From Gordius albopunctatus (Eukaryota), in the NCBI GenBank assembly GCA_964276515.1, contig OZ193909.1:3286001-3350000 (forward strand): a stretch of DNA of 64,000 bases. Reading direction: 5' to 3'. The notes under the pieces are model-generated. The model worked only from the letters and a program-made list of their open reading frames with translations. It was not told the DNA's origin and ran no database searches. A program made the position numbers and the translations under genes. This document shows positions 52,570-64,000 of this stretch, one piece after another (position 1 is the first letter of the stretch; each line of letters opens with the position of its first letter).

Positions 52570-53660
52570 AATACCATTATTGAACAATGAAGGCTGATTT
52601 GGCTTTTGAGCATGGGCGTAGCCAGCTTTCGGATCAGGGGGGGGCGAGCAAAAAAAATCGCCGAGACTAAGTGAGAGCAAAAAAAAAAAAAGGTCGTCAA
52701 GACCTTTTTTTGGTATTTAACGTTAGTAATTAAAATATTTTGCTATTCTTTGGCCTCAACCCACATAAAAACTCATTATTAATCAACAGCACAGTGTACA
52801 GAGGATATGTAAACGATGTATGAAGGAACTAACACAAACGCAACTACTAATCTCAATATTTAATTCTTATATAATTTAAATTTGCGTCAAAAGGTCGTGA
52901 AATAAAATTTTCAACATAAAACTTAATTTCAATCAGGGGGGGGGGGGCGAAACACTGATTTTTTCCAATTTTTACATTAAAAAATAGAAAAATTCTCATT
53001 CAGGGGGGGGGGGGGCGGCCGCCCCCCCCCCCTGCCTACGCCCATGCTTTTGAGGCTTCTTTAGGTGGTATGCAAAGTTTCAATTTAATTGCCAAACCCA
53101 CTATATGTTTGCAAATGTAGTGTTTGAAAAACACTGGTCAATTACATTTACTCTCAAACCATTTTGTGGAATCATCGGGTAATTGACAGAGCCATAGCTT
53201 AAAATTCCGCGTCTTGAACATTGCTAATATCTTTTTCATTTATAATCCCGGTACTTGATGGCACACAATATTCGGTAAAATCAAGTTGTTTTTTTGATAG
53301 GCAGTGGCCATTAAAATTAACAAATTTGTAGCTCCGAGTCCATAGCTTTAAATTGATAGTTGGTGATTTAATAAATTTTTTTGAAGTTTATACTCGCATG
53401 ACCATGTTCGGATCATGCCAATTGCTACCACTTTGAACCTATTGATTGGTATCCGTTCCCTCAACGTAAATTCATCTTTTATTAAACGATTAGTTGATTA
53501 CAGGGCATTATTGGTACTAGGGATATAATGCCTATATCCTTTATACCATGTATCATTTTTATAACCCCATTCTTTATAAAAATATTTGCAAAACTTTGAA
53601 GCTTTAGATGACCATTTTTCCAAGAGTAAATTGGAGGCTTTTTCAAGACAATTGTAATGT
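52570..53660 (-). mobile_element. Degenerate MULE/Mutator-like transposase 3' part with SWIM zinc finger
   Basis: Minus-strand translation gives WYKGYRHYIPSTNNAL*STNRLIKDEFTLRER and KCN*PVFFKHYICKHIVGLAIKLK. Confidence 0.7.
52611..53046. mobile_element. CATGGGCGTAGCCAG-family MITE inserted in the MULE relic
   Basis: TIRs CATGGGCGTAG / CTACGCCCATG with 8-bp TSD CTTTTGAG. Confidence 0.9.
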
Positions 53661-53689
53661 ATTTATATCATCTAAAATTTCTCAGTCTA

Positions 53690-54670
53690 AACCTCTGCTG
53701 CTCGTTTCTGTAAAATTTTTACCCTATTTGTCCCTAATTTCGTTTATGCCCAGGAAGGTCCCTTCCAAGAGTGTTGACGATATCCCCTTAAGTAAGTTTT
53801 TCTCTAAATCAACCTCCCAAATTAACACCGCGTCCCAAAGCAACAAATTCCCCCAACGAGAAGGAGTCCGTCACCGCAAAGCCAGGAGGTAACGCCACCG
53901 ATTCGGATTCAGCAATGAGGCTCATCCTGAATAGGCTAGCCGAAATGAACGCGAAGATAGACAGTGGAATTCTGGGCAGAAGCGGAGGAACGATTAATGC
54001 GGATGATCGGCCGCATTGGGCCCCTGCCCCACAAACCGAGTCGGTCACAATGACTCGAGCCGAGCTGGAAGCTCTTTAAGCCAAAGAAAGGGCTAGGGCA
54101 TCAAATGTCCCCAGTTCCAACGTCGAAATTCTGAATTTGCGCCTCAAGGGACTAAGGGAGCCGGTGGAAACGAATTATTCCATGCGAGCACACCAGAAAC
54201 ACGAAGCAGAATTCCTGCTAAGCCTGGGAGAGTCAATTAATGACTACGACAAAACCATAGACAAAATTTCTGACCGTGTCTGCACGATAGCTATGGCCTC
54301 TTACTACGGCTGGCAAGCAGTGACCGGAAAATCTAAGGATTGGGCGGAGAAACATCCTGATTTATGGTCGTTCAAGCATCTTGGTTAAGGGGAAACACAC
54401 ATAGATTCCTATACATGGCTAAGTGTTGGAATTTAAATATCAACCGTAGCAAATACTCCCTCAAACCCTGACGGTGCTCGATTACCTCAGTATCAGGGTA
54501 GACCTAGACCAGCACACGCTTAAGGTTAACCAAAAATTCATTTCCAAAATAGAAGAAGCCATTCAAATCATGAGCCACTTCATCACGACCAACACAAAAC
54601 CACATCCTCTGGCCACCCGAACCTGTCTTGGTATACTAACGCACTACGTTTACATGCTAATGGGTTAGTG
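53690..54670 (+). mobile_element. DIRS/Ngaro-like retroelement relic (gag-like ORF plus RT fragment)
   Basis: GC-richer island. DRVCTIAMASYYGWQAV resembles the R..I..A…GW..V motif of DIRS-group ORF1. NINRSKYSLKP…LDYLSIRVDL resembles late RT motifs (IN..KS.L.P…YLG..D). Confidence 0.5.
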
Positions 54671-55281
54671 TGAAAAATAAGTGAGTGAAAACCTAAACAA
54701 CTAATTAAATTCTTCAAGTTTTACAAAAATTCAATTAAAATAAATAGTAAAGGATTAAATGGTTATAAAAGTCTTAAGAAACAATACTATTGATTAAACT
54801 AACTGGGAGGCAAAGTCTCCAAATCAATCTGCAAAATATTGTAAAAGGAAAAGGGTAGAGCAGCACTTGGCAGTGGATGAAATAACTGAAATGTATATTG
54901 AAAAGAATTAATAATTTACATAAATAAATATGTCAAAGGCTTAGCCTTCTCAGGAACAAAGATCATATGCTTAAAAGTAATTTAAAAACCTATAAAAATC
55001 CAAAATGTATGCAGACAATCACCATAAAATGTGGAATTAATTAATTCATGCATAAAAATAAAAGGTAATTTACTTACCATTCTAGTGTTAATAAAATTAT
55101 TATATAAGGACTAACTTTTAATTTTCATTAGCTGATATATATTTATAACACAACATTAAGGTATAGTTTTGTAAAAAACCTTGTTCAAAAGTGGACATAT
55201 TCACAAGCCTACTTTTAATTAAACAATTAAAAGCAAGGAATAATTTATTTGTTATTAATTATTCTTTAATAAATCTTTAGT

Positions 55282-55775
55282 CTATTTTTTCCCTTTTGAC
55301 TTCATCATTGCTTTCTTTTCACTCTTTTCAGCTTGCTGCCTTGCTTTAACTACTTTAACCACAATTTTTTGCTCTTCTATCAGAAAAGCACGAATAATTC
55401 TGCAGACAAATAGTTTAAAAAGGATGTATTTATTTTATTATACCTTAATTTTAAGCATTTTGGGCAAAGAGTACCACCATAAGCCCTAGTTACAGTCTTA
55501 AGCCTTTTTGAATATGTCTTTAACTCTTTAGGCCTACCAGCCTTAATCTAAGCAACTATAAAAAGATCACATTTAGAATTACCCCTTTTAATTTATCCTT
55601 GCAGTCCCCACATTTTGGTAGGGTTCCTGGTTTCTTTTGATAATGGTATGTTAATTTGCCTCCAGGAGTTTTAACGCTAAAAAATATTAAAAACTGGATA
55701 ATAATCTTACATTTTCCTCCTATTGGACTTAGTGTTATAAGGATGCTTCCTAGTTAAAGTCAATCTTTGAACCAT
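55282..55775 (-). CDS. RPL34: 60S ribosomal protein L34 (eL34). Exons 55775-55711, 55676-55583, 55547-55444, 55399-55282
   Basis: Spliced translation MVQRLTLTRKHPYNTKSNRRKIVKTPGGKL…PKCGDCKDKLKGI…KTVTRAYGGTLCPKC…RIIRAFLIEEQKIVVKV…*. Introns of 34, 35 and 44 nt, all GT-AG. Confidence 0.97.
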
Positions 55776-57239
55776 GTTGACAGGAAAATATCAGATGTAA
55801 TGAGCCACAAGGAAAATAGACTCAAAAATTTTGATTTTTAATTTTTTCAAACTAAATTATAAAACTTTGAGTGAATCTAGAAAAAATTGTAAGTGCAAAA
55901 GAAGATAATCTATACTAAAATCCCAGGTATTTTTAGTGTATTATTCGGCTTCGTATAATTACATAACAATAAATTTGCAAATGTTTAACAATTCTTGTTT
56001 TCATATAGATTACAATGCAAAAATTTTGTATACAGAATACTATAAACTACCCATCAAAATTTATCGGAATGAAGGCTAACTTAATACACGCTTACAACAA
56101 CTTTTCTACTAACACAGACTTTCGTTTTCCTACGACCCTCGCTACATGGGCGGAGACTTGGATTGCTCCAAAGAACAAGGTTTTATTTGTAGATTTTAAG
56201 AGATGTTTAAAAATAATCAATTTGAATGTTCAAAGGTTTGGCCGGGTCTGAATCATGCCAAAAAAGATTTTGGTCGGGTACATTCAAATTCAAACAGCGG
56301 TCATTATATTTTTAGTAATAATTATTTTTAGGCAAATAACATTAGTACTAGTGTAATTATTCTAAACCAAAAAGAAGGACAAGATAGATAAACTGGATTT
56401 CAGGCTTGAAAAGTCAATTTTTTAAATCAAACCTCGACCCCACCCAAAAACTTTTTAAATTTTTAAGAACCCGACGCGATCCGATCCAACTCGAAAGCGT
56501 TTTAAATTTATTAACCCGAACTTTACCCGATCCGAAAACCTTTTAAAATTTAGACACGAACCCGATTTGATCCAAAAGTTAAAAAACTGCCTTGTGGAAT
56601 TTTCTATACAAGATAAAGTGTGAGCTTAAATAAACCAATTAATGCATAGATTTTAATTACTAAATCTAATTGAAAGATTCATTATAAATATGTATATATT
56701 TCGTCGTATTTTGGGTCTCAAATTTTCCCTCTCTCTTTTAAGATTGGGGCAGCCGTCAAAAACGACCTCTCGTTATTTAAAAATCGGGAAACACAAAATT
56801 TATTATCCGATCCGAAAATAATTTTAAATATTCAGTCCAAAAGCGATCAAGGATTGGGTTGGTTTTTGGGCCACCCATAAAGGTCACTAATCGACATAGG
56901 AACCCCCCCCCCAATTAGTCAGGGGAGGGCAGGGAGGGCGGCTACCCCTTGCGGGTCTCAGGAAAAATTTAGGAATTTAGTAGTCGAAGACCTTTTTTTT
57001 GCTCTCAGGAAACTTTTTGGATAGTCGAGAAAAATTTTTTTGTAAAAATCTGACCCCCCCCCCCCCCTAATTCAAAACCTGCAACGCTCATGCTTTAATT
57101 TAATGTTTCAAATCATAGAAAGTTTCCATTTTCCGCAGCACATGCCTACATTTATCACACTAACCTACCTACTCGCATGCAAACACATAGTTTCATTTAG
57201 ATAGGCAGTACGTCATGAGGTTGCGTTTGATTGACATAT

Positions 57240-57428
57240 TATTAAACGTCAAAAAATATAAAACAAACTAACTCAAAAACTAATGGACCGATTTGGCTCG
57301 AACATATCTTGAAACATGCTTCAGAGTGTCAGGAATAAACTTTGAAATTTTGAGCCAAATCGGTCCGGGAGTTCTCCAAAATTGGTGGCGGCATACATAC
57401 ATACATAGTTTCATTTTTATATATAAGA
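57240..57428 (-). mobile_element. Helitron 5'-end fragment (same family as 47492)
   Basis: Reverse complement closely matches 47492-47640. Confidence 0.8.
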
Positions 57429-57692
57429 TAAATTAACTTATTGTATATCAAAACTTTATTCGCAACTAATAAAATAAAAATATTTTACTCTTATGGCATA
57501 ACATCTTTAATTCTATGTTAATTTACCTTGTTCTATAATTAAGGGATTTTTAGAATTAAAAAATTACAATTTTTTTAAATATAAATCCATATATAGATGC
57601 CGCTTAAACTCGAATAATTTGTCTCGCTATATAAATGTAGATTTTTTTAATATTTAAGTAGTTTTATTAATAACCCATGATCTAATAATATT

Positions 57693-59020
57693 TAGTGATG
57701 CGGAAAAACTGAAAAAAATCTCGAGAATTTGAAAAATGGAGTCGAGATCGAGACGAGAAGATACGAGATTTTTTCGGCGAGATCTCGACTTTTTATTGAT
57801 CGTTAGATTTTAGTAAATTATTGTGTATTTTAATTTGCATGATTTACATTTAAGGTTTTAAGTGTAAATCAATATGTATGGAATATATTTGATATTAATC
57901 CTAGGTGTAGTGAAGATTATCTATTTTTGCAAAAACATTTAGAATTTGGCAATCATTTACCTAAGTATGGTTGACTCTTGGGGTATGTGAATATTTTTAT
58001 AATATAATTATAACATATTTGTATCCATAGCATTATTAAATATTACAAAATATTAGGCTTAGAATGAATTCTGATGGAAGAGTAAATATTACTAAAGCAT
58101 ATATAATTTCGCAGTTACTAATCCTGCATGATGCGGTAATTATAAATTGGTGGTCAATCAGTTTGAATAAATAAACAAGTTAAGCTAAGGTGGCTTTAGA
58201 TTTTCGAGCACCCGTCTAACGATTTCAAAAGTACAATAGAGTATTTAATGACACCGTAATAGATTAAATCTTAAATCATGAGTTTTCTAGAAGTTTTTAT
58301 CCATCCAAATTTACTATAATTTCTATAATTGTGCAATATAAAATAAATACACGAACCTCTACTGTATTCGATAAATAAATAATTAATGGCAAAGTGAGTT
58401 AAAACTGGAAGTTAATTATTTGGGAAAACCTTATGTTTTTAATCCTATAATAGTGCTGCTTTTATTGTTGTTTTTAAAACGTTTTAATATGTGGAACAAG
58501 TTATCAATTCTGTAAATAATAATATTATCATTAAAAGTGTCTCGCACTTGTGGTTTATAACGTTATAGTAAATATACAATAAACTCCATGGGCTATTATT
58601 GATGATGGGAATATCAATGAACGTAAACGTTTGCCTTAAATATGTTAAGGTCTACTTTGAAGCTTTGGCCAGAGTTTATAAAGTATCTCAATTTCCTGAA
58701 TATGCAAGTAAGTCAATTATAAGCCAAATTATATTTTTCTAAGTCTATTTATAGTTAACAATCACAGTCAATCCCACTAAATCTTTAAAAAAGTTTGTGT
58801 ATTCAAGTTTTTCAAAAAATATAAAAATTGGCTATTTGAATTTTTTAACACTTATTTAATATTTTCAATAAAGAAATTTTTATTCCGTATATATTTTTTT
58901 AAAGTCGAAACGAGACGAGACCGACATTTTTCTAAACCGAGACGAGATTTTCATAATCGCTCCCGAGATGAGACGAGATTTTGTTTTCCAGACCGACACG
59001 AGATCGAAAGCGAAACACTA
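57693..59020 (+). mobile_element. hAT element, degenerate, with CGAGA subterminal repeats
   Basis: TAGTG…CACTA termini with 8-bp TSD ATAATATT. Decayed hATC relic (INWW…AKVALDF) at ~58135-58205. Confidence 0.85.
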
Positions 59021-59179
59021 ATAATATTAAATCGTCTATAAAAAACATTTTTTATCATATGACATAAGTTAAAACCTGAAACTATGTAAAAATTATAAAA
59101 ACATTAAATTATCAAGAGTATATATAGGGTACCATAAAAATGTTAAATCTTCGGATTGATATCGTTGTTTACACATATA

Positions 59180-59965
59180 TATGTTTTTTTCCTATAGCTA
59201 TTTGTCACATTTAGTGGTCAGCTCCTTCAAGTAGGTTCCCCATGTATTCCTGCACTTACACAAGCTTCTCTTTAGTTCGTACCTTCTCAAGTCCATATCT
59301 ATTTTATGCTTCCATGTCAGTTTAGGTCTCCCTCTCTTTCGCTTACCTTTGACTTGCACTTTCTTGATACGATTTGCCAAGTGACTTTCCTACCGCCTCT
59401 CCAAATGCCCATACCATCTCAATACTCTTACCACCAACTTTCTCTGAATTGGAACTACATTTAGTTTATCTCTTATGTCTTGACTCCTTATATGGTTCTT
59501 TTTGCTTATACCCAAGATCCATCTTAACATGCGCATCTCCATTGTAGCCAAACTTTGCTCCTCTTTTGCCTTAATTGCCCAGGTTTTTGCTCCATACAAT
59601 ACCGTGGGTACCAATAACGGTGTTATATAACCGTCCTTTCAATTTGAGTGGTATGTGTTTGTCACGCAGGACACCACTCAACTCCTTGAATTTTAGCCAG
59701 CCTGCATTTAATCTTGGCTTAATTTCGTTTTTCACGCCTCCATAACATTGTACCCTAGGACCAAGATATTCAAATGGCTTCCTATTGCTTAAACACCAGC
59801 CATCGATTTGCAGGTGTGTTTCTTTGTATTTATTCCCCGACTCAAAGCATACACATTCAGTTTATCTCGGTTGACCTTAAGGCCTTTGCTTTCAATTCAC
59901 TCCATCAACACCTGCTCTGCTAATTCCACATTTGAGCTTGCGCACAGGACGATATTATCCGCAAA
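59180..59965 (-). mobile_element. 5'-truncated RTE LINE (RT C-terminal part)
   Basis: FADNIVLC, EYLG, PTVLYGAKTWA…EMRMLRW, LRWYGHLERR and GKRKRGRPKLTW, parallel to the element at 38935. Confidence 0.9.
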
Positions 59966-60090
59966 AGAACAAAATATTAATTTAATTAAAAAAATTTTTT
60001 TGTCCACTCCGGGTATCGAACCAGCAAGTCAAAACGTTGGAAGGATGGACGGACAACAAAAAGCGAGCTATAAATTGCATAGCAATTAAA
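59963..60090 (-). mobile_element. Helentron/DINE-like 5'-end fragment
   Basis: TAAATTGCATAGCAATTAA at ~60071-60089, GGAC repeat and a B-box-like arm, as at 2235-2392. Confidence 0.75.
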
Positions 60091-60229
60091 AATGGCTGTT
60101 CTTGTCACGTAAACAATAATATTTACTAAACGTGTTGATAATGCATTCATAAGATTGACAATGTTTGCTCTTACTAAAATAAATGGTAAGTGTAGCCATG
60201 GCTAACAACATACATACATTTTAAAATAA

Positions 60230-61240
<1,011 letters not shown>

Positions 61241-61939
61241 TCTATATTTTTAAAATTTATTGTAAACTAACAATCATGTTACTTGTAATATAAATTATAT
61301 GTTATTTGTTCACAAAAATATATTCTTAAGACTTGTATAAATAAATTGAGCAAATTATTGATGATCAACCTGTTTATATATTTTACCATAGGTGTGAATT
61401 CTTAATGTATTTAAAATGCATAACTTACACTTTTCTGTGTAAATTAGCATATAAATATTTTGTGATAATTGGTAGATGTTAAATAATTTTATTAGCCCTG
61501 AATTTTAAACCCAAAGCTTTATCAAATAAATATAATTGGTTTTTATAAGAATACACAGTTTATCTTACATTACTAAAATAATGTAACCCATTTGTTATAT
61601 ATGGAATTTCAATCATTGTGACCTTTTCATTTATAGTATTAACATATTAAATTTTCTTTATAATTTATGGGGTCTAGATATATTAATACTATTGCAATTA
61701 ATTTTTATTATTAGTAAATCTTTTAGACTTGCCATAATGGGTTTTTAGTTAAATAATAGGGATGTTAATTTTTTTTCTTACTTAAATTTAACAAATTTAA
61801 AATGTAATCTTTTATGCGATTATAAAATATGTTCCCACATATTACTTAGACTGACACGGCACATCACCCTTGTTATTTTTACTTTTCAATATATTGCGAT
61901 TATGCTAATTTGATAAATGTTAAATCATAACACTACCTA

Positions 61940-64000
61940 CGACGGTTCCAAGTCCGTTTGCAAAAAGTGCAGGGTTGGCGTCAGGTCGGAAACCGGCTAT
62001 AAAAACCAACTCCAAAATTATAATAGTTCCGAACAAGATTTTATAAGAAACGGCTAGGGCGTCCTCCACAAACGACGCGCACTGCATACCCCGCCCGTGC
62101 AATGTAAAAATACACTAGGGTTACTGCCCAACTCACAACAATGGCGGTTAAGGATATTAGTTGTTGAAAGAATGCGAATAATGTGCTGGAATGTGGGAAC
62201 GTTGACGGGGAAAGCATCGAGGTCGTACAAATGCTAAAAAGAAGAAAGGTACACATCGCCTGCCTAAAAGAGACGAGGTGTAATGGAACGAAAGTACGGG
62301 AATTAGGAGAATGATACAAGCTTTTCTACAGTGGGTCAACAAATCGTAGAAACGGGGTTGTATCGTTCTAAGCGAATCGTTCAAGGACAAGGTGGTGGAA
62401 GTCAAGCGTTGTTCCGACAGGCTAATGTGGGTGAAGATTGCAGATGAAGGGGGCCTCCTAACCGTTATGCGCGCGTATGCTCCCCAAATTGGGTGTTCGG
62501 AATCAGAGAAAGACATATTCTTCGATTCATTGGAAAAGAAAATACAAGGAATAGGACAGGAAGAAAGGTTAATTATTGGCGCAGATTTCAACGCTCACGT
62601 AGGGAAAGATCGCCTCGGGTATGAACGCAATCATGGAGGCTATGGGCATGGTCTGAAGAATAAAGAAGGGGAAAAACTTCTCCAAGTATTCTAAGCATAT
62701 GACATGGCGATCGTTAATACCTATTTTCAAAAACGCGAAGGTCATATTGTTATCTATAGAAGTGGGAAGCATTTCAGTCAAATTGACTATTTGCTTGTAC
62801 GGCGAAAGGACTTATGGAATATCAAGGATTGCAAAGTAATACCGGAGAATAAATCGCCAGGCAACATCGTCCCCTTGTTATGGATCATGACGGAAAAGTA
62901 TTAATCGATAGAAGAAATTTTTATGAACTTAGAATTCGATACGAAAGGCTAACGTCGACGAACGAAGAATACCATCAAAATGCCTCCTCACTCTTGGGTG
63001 CAAGGAAGTTGCAAAGGGACGTAGACGACGATTGGGAGACGTTATCTAAGGACATTAAGGCGAACGCGATTCGTGTTCTAGGACAGACCAAAGGAGGCAA
63101 AGCTATGAATAGGGAACTATAGTGGTGGGATCAATCGGTTAGGGATTTCATCGAAAGAAAGAAAAATCTATATAGACGGTGGCATAAATCAAAAACTTCC
63201 GTAGATTATCAAGAGTATAGGGACGCAAAGAGGACTGCAAAAAAGGCCGTTGCAATAGCGAAGAATGCCTCTTACACCGAGATGGCAAACAAACTGGATC
63301 ATAAAGGGGGGCTCTAGGCTTATGTACAAATTGGCCAAGATAAGGGAGAAGAAAAGTCGCGATGTCGGAGTTCTTAAAATAGTCAAAAACGAGAAGGGTC
63401 TAACATTATTCAAGACGAAAGAAGTGATGGAAAGGTAGAAATGATATTTTAAGAAACTTATGAATATTGCAAATGACAAGGATTCCCTCCTTCCCAAAAT
63501 TGAGCCAAATATAAGTATGGTCGAACTCTTTCAGGGGGATGAAGTTAGGACACAGATGAACAAGAAGCAAAAAGGAAAAGCAAATGGCCCAGATGAAATA
63601 GGTATGGAAGCATTGTTCGGATGTTGTGAAGAAGGAGTCACCACCATGACGAACCTCCTTAACAAGATATTGGTAGGAGAGCCAATTCCTAAACAATGGA
63701 GAGCAAGCACGATTATACACTTATTTAAAGGCAAAGGAGACCCTCAAGACTGTGACAATTACAGTACAGTGGTATCAACCTAACTTGCCACTCCTTGAAG
63801 CTTATGGAAAGGATCTTAGTAACAAGGCTGAAAAACGAGGTGGAAATATCGGCTAATCAATTTGAATTTGTGGCTGGCGAATCCACAATCGACCAATCTT
63901 CGCACTAAGACTAAGATAAATGATGGATAAGTATGGTGAAAAGAGGAAAGACCTACATATGGTCTTTATCGACTTGGAGAAAGCTTATGACACGGTCCCC
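61940..64000 (+). mobile_element. Degenerate RTE LINE running off the window end
   Basis: RTE-like 5'UTR motif GGGTTGGCGTCAGG…CCGGCTATAAAA, APE motifs (WNVGTL, AYAPQ, GADFNAHVG, QIDYLL) and RT start (GKANGPDEI, FIDLEKAYD), with many stops and frameshifts. Confidence 0.92.

Overview
AT-rich, transposon-saturated eukaryotic (most likely invertebrate animal) genomic DNA; nothing prokaryotic or CRISPR-like. Host genes: intact PCNA (60245-61240, +) and RPL34 (55282-55775, -), both with very short 33-52 nt GT-AG introns; a frameshifted, 5'-incomplete ATG3 copy (32963-34333, -); and an unrecognised ~552-aa five-exon gene (20565-31229, +) whose 5' exons are AT-rich/CpG-poor and 3' exons GC/CpG-rich. 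The rest is mostly nested mobile DNA: a Helentron/DINE-1-like non-autonomous family with modular tandem arrays and tRNA-derived B-box arms, several hAT elements and MITEs (many with 8-bp TSDs, one with ~640-bp TIRs), P/THAP9-type elements, Helitrons, a MULE relic, three RTE LINEs, CRE-type endonuclease fragments and a DIRS/Ngaro-like relic. All calls were made by eye; no database searches were run.
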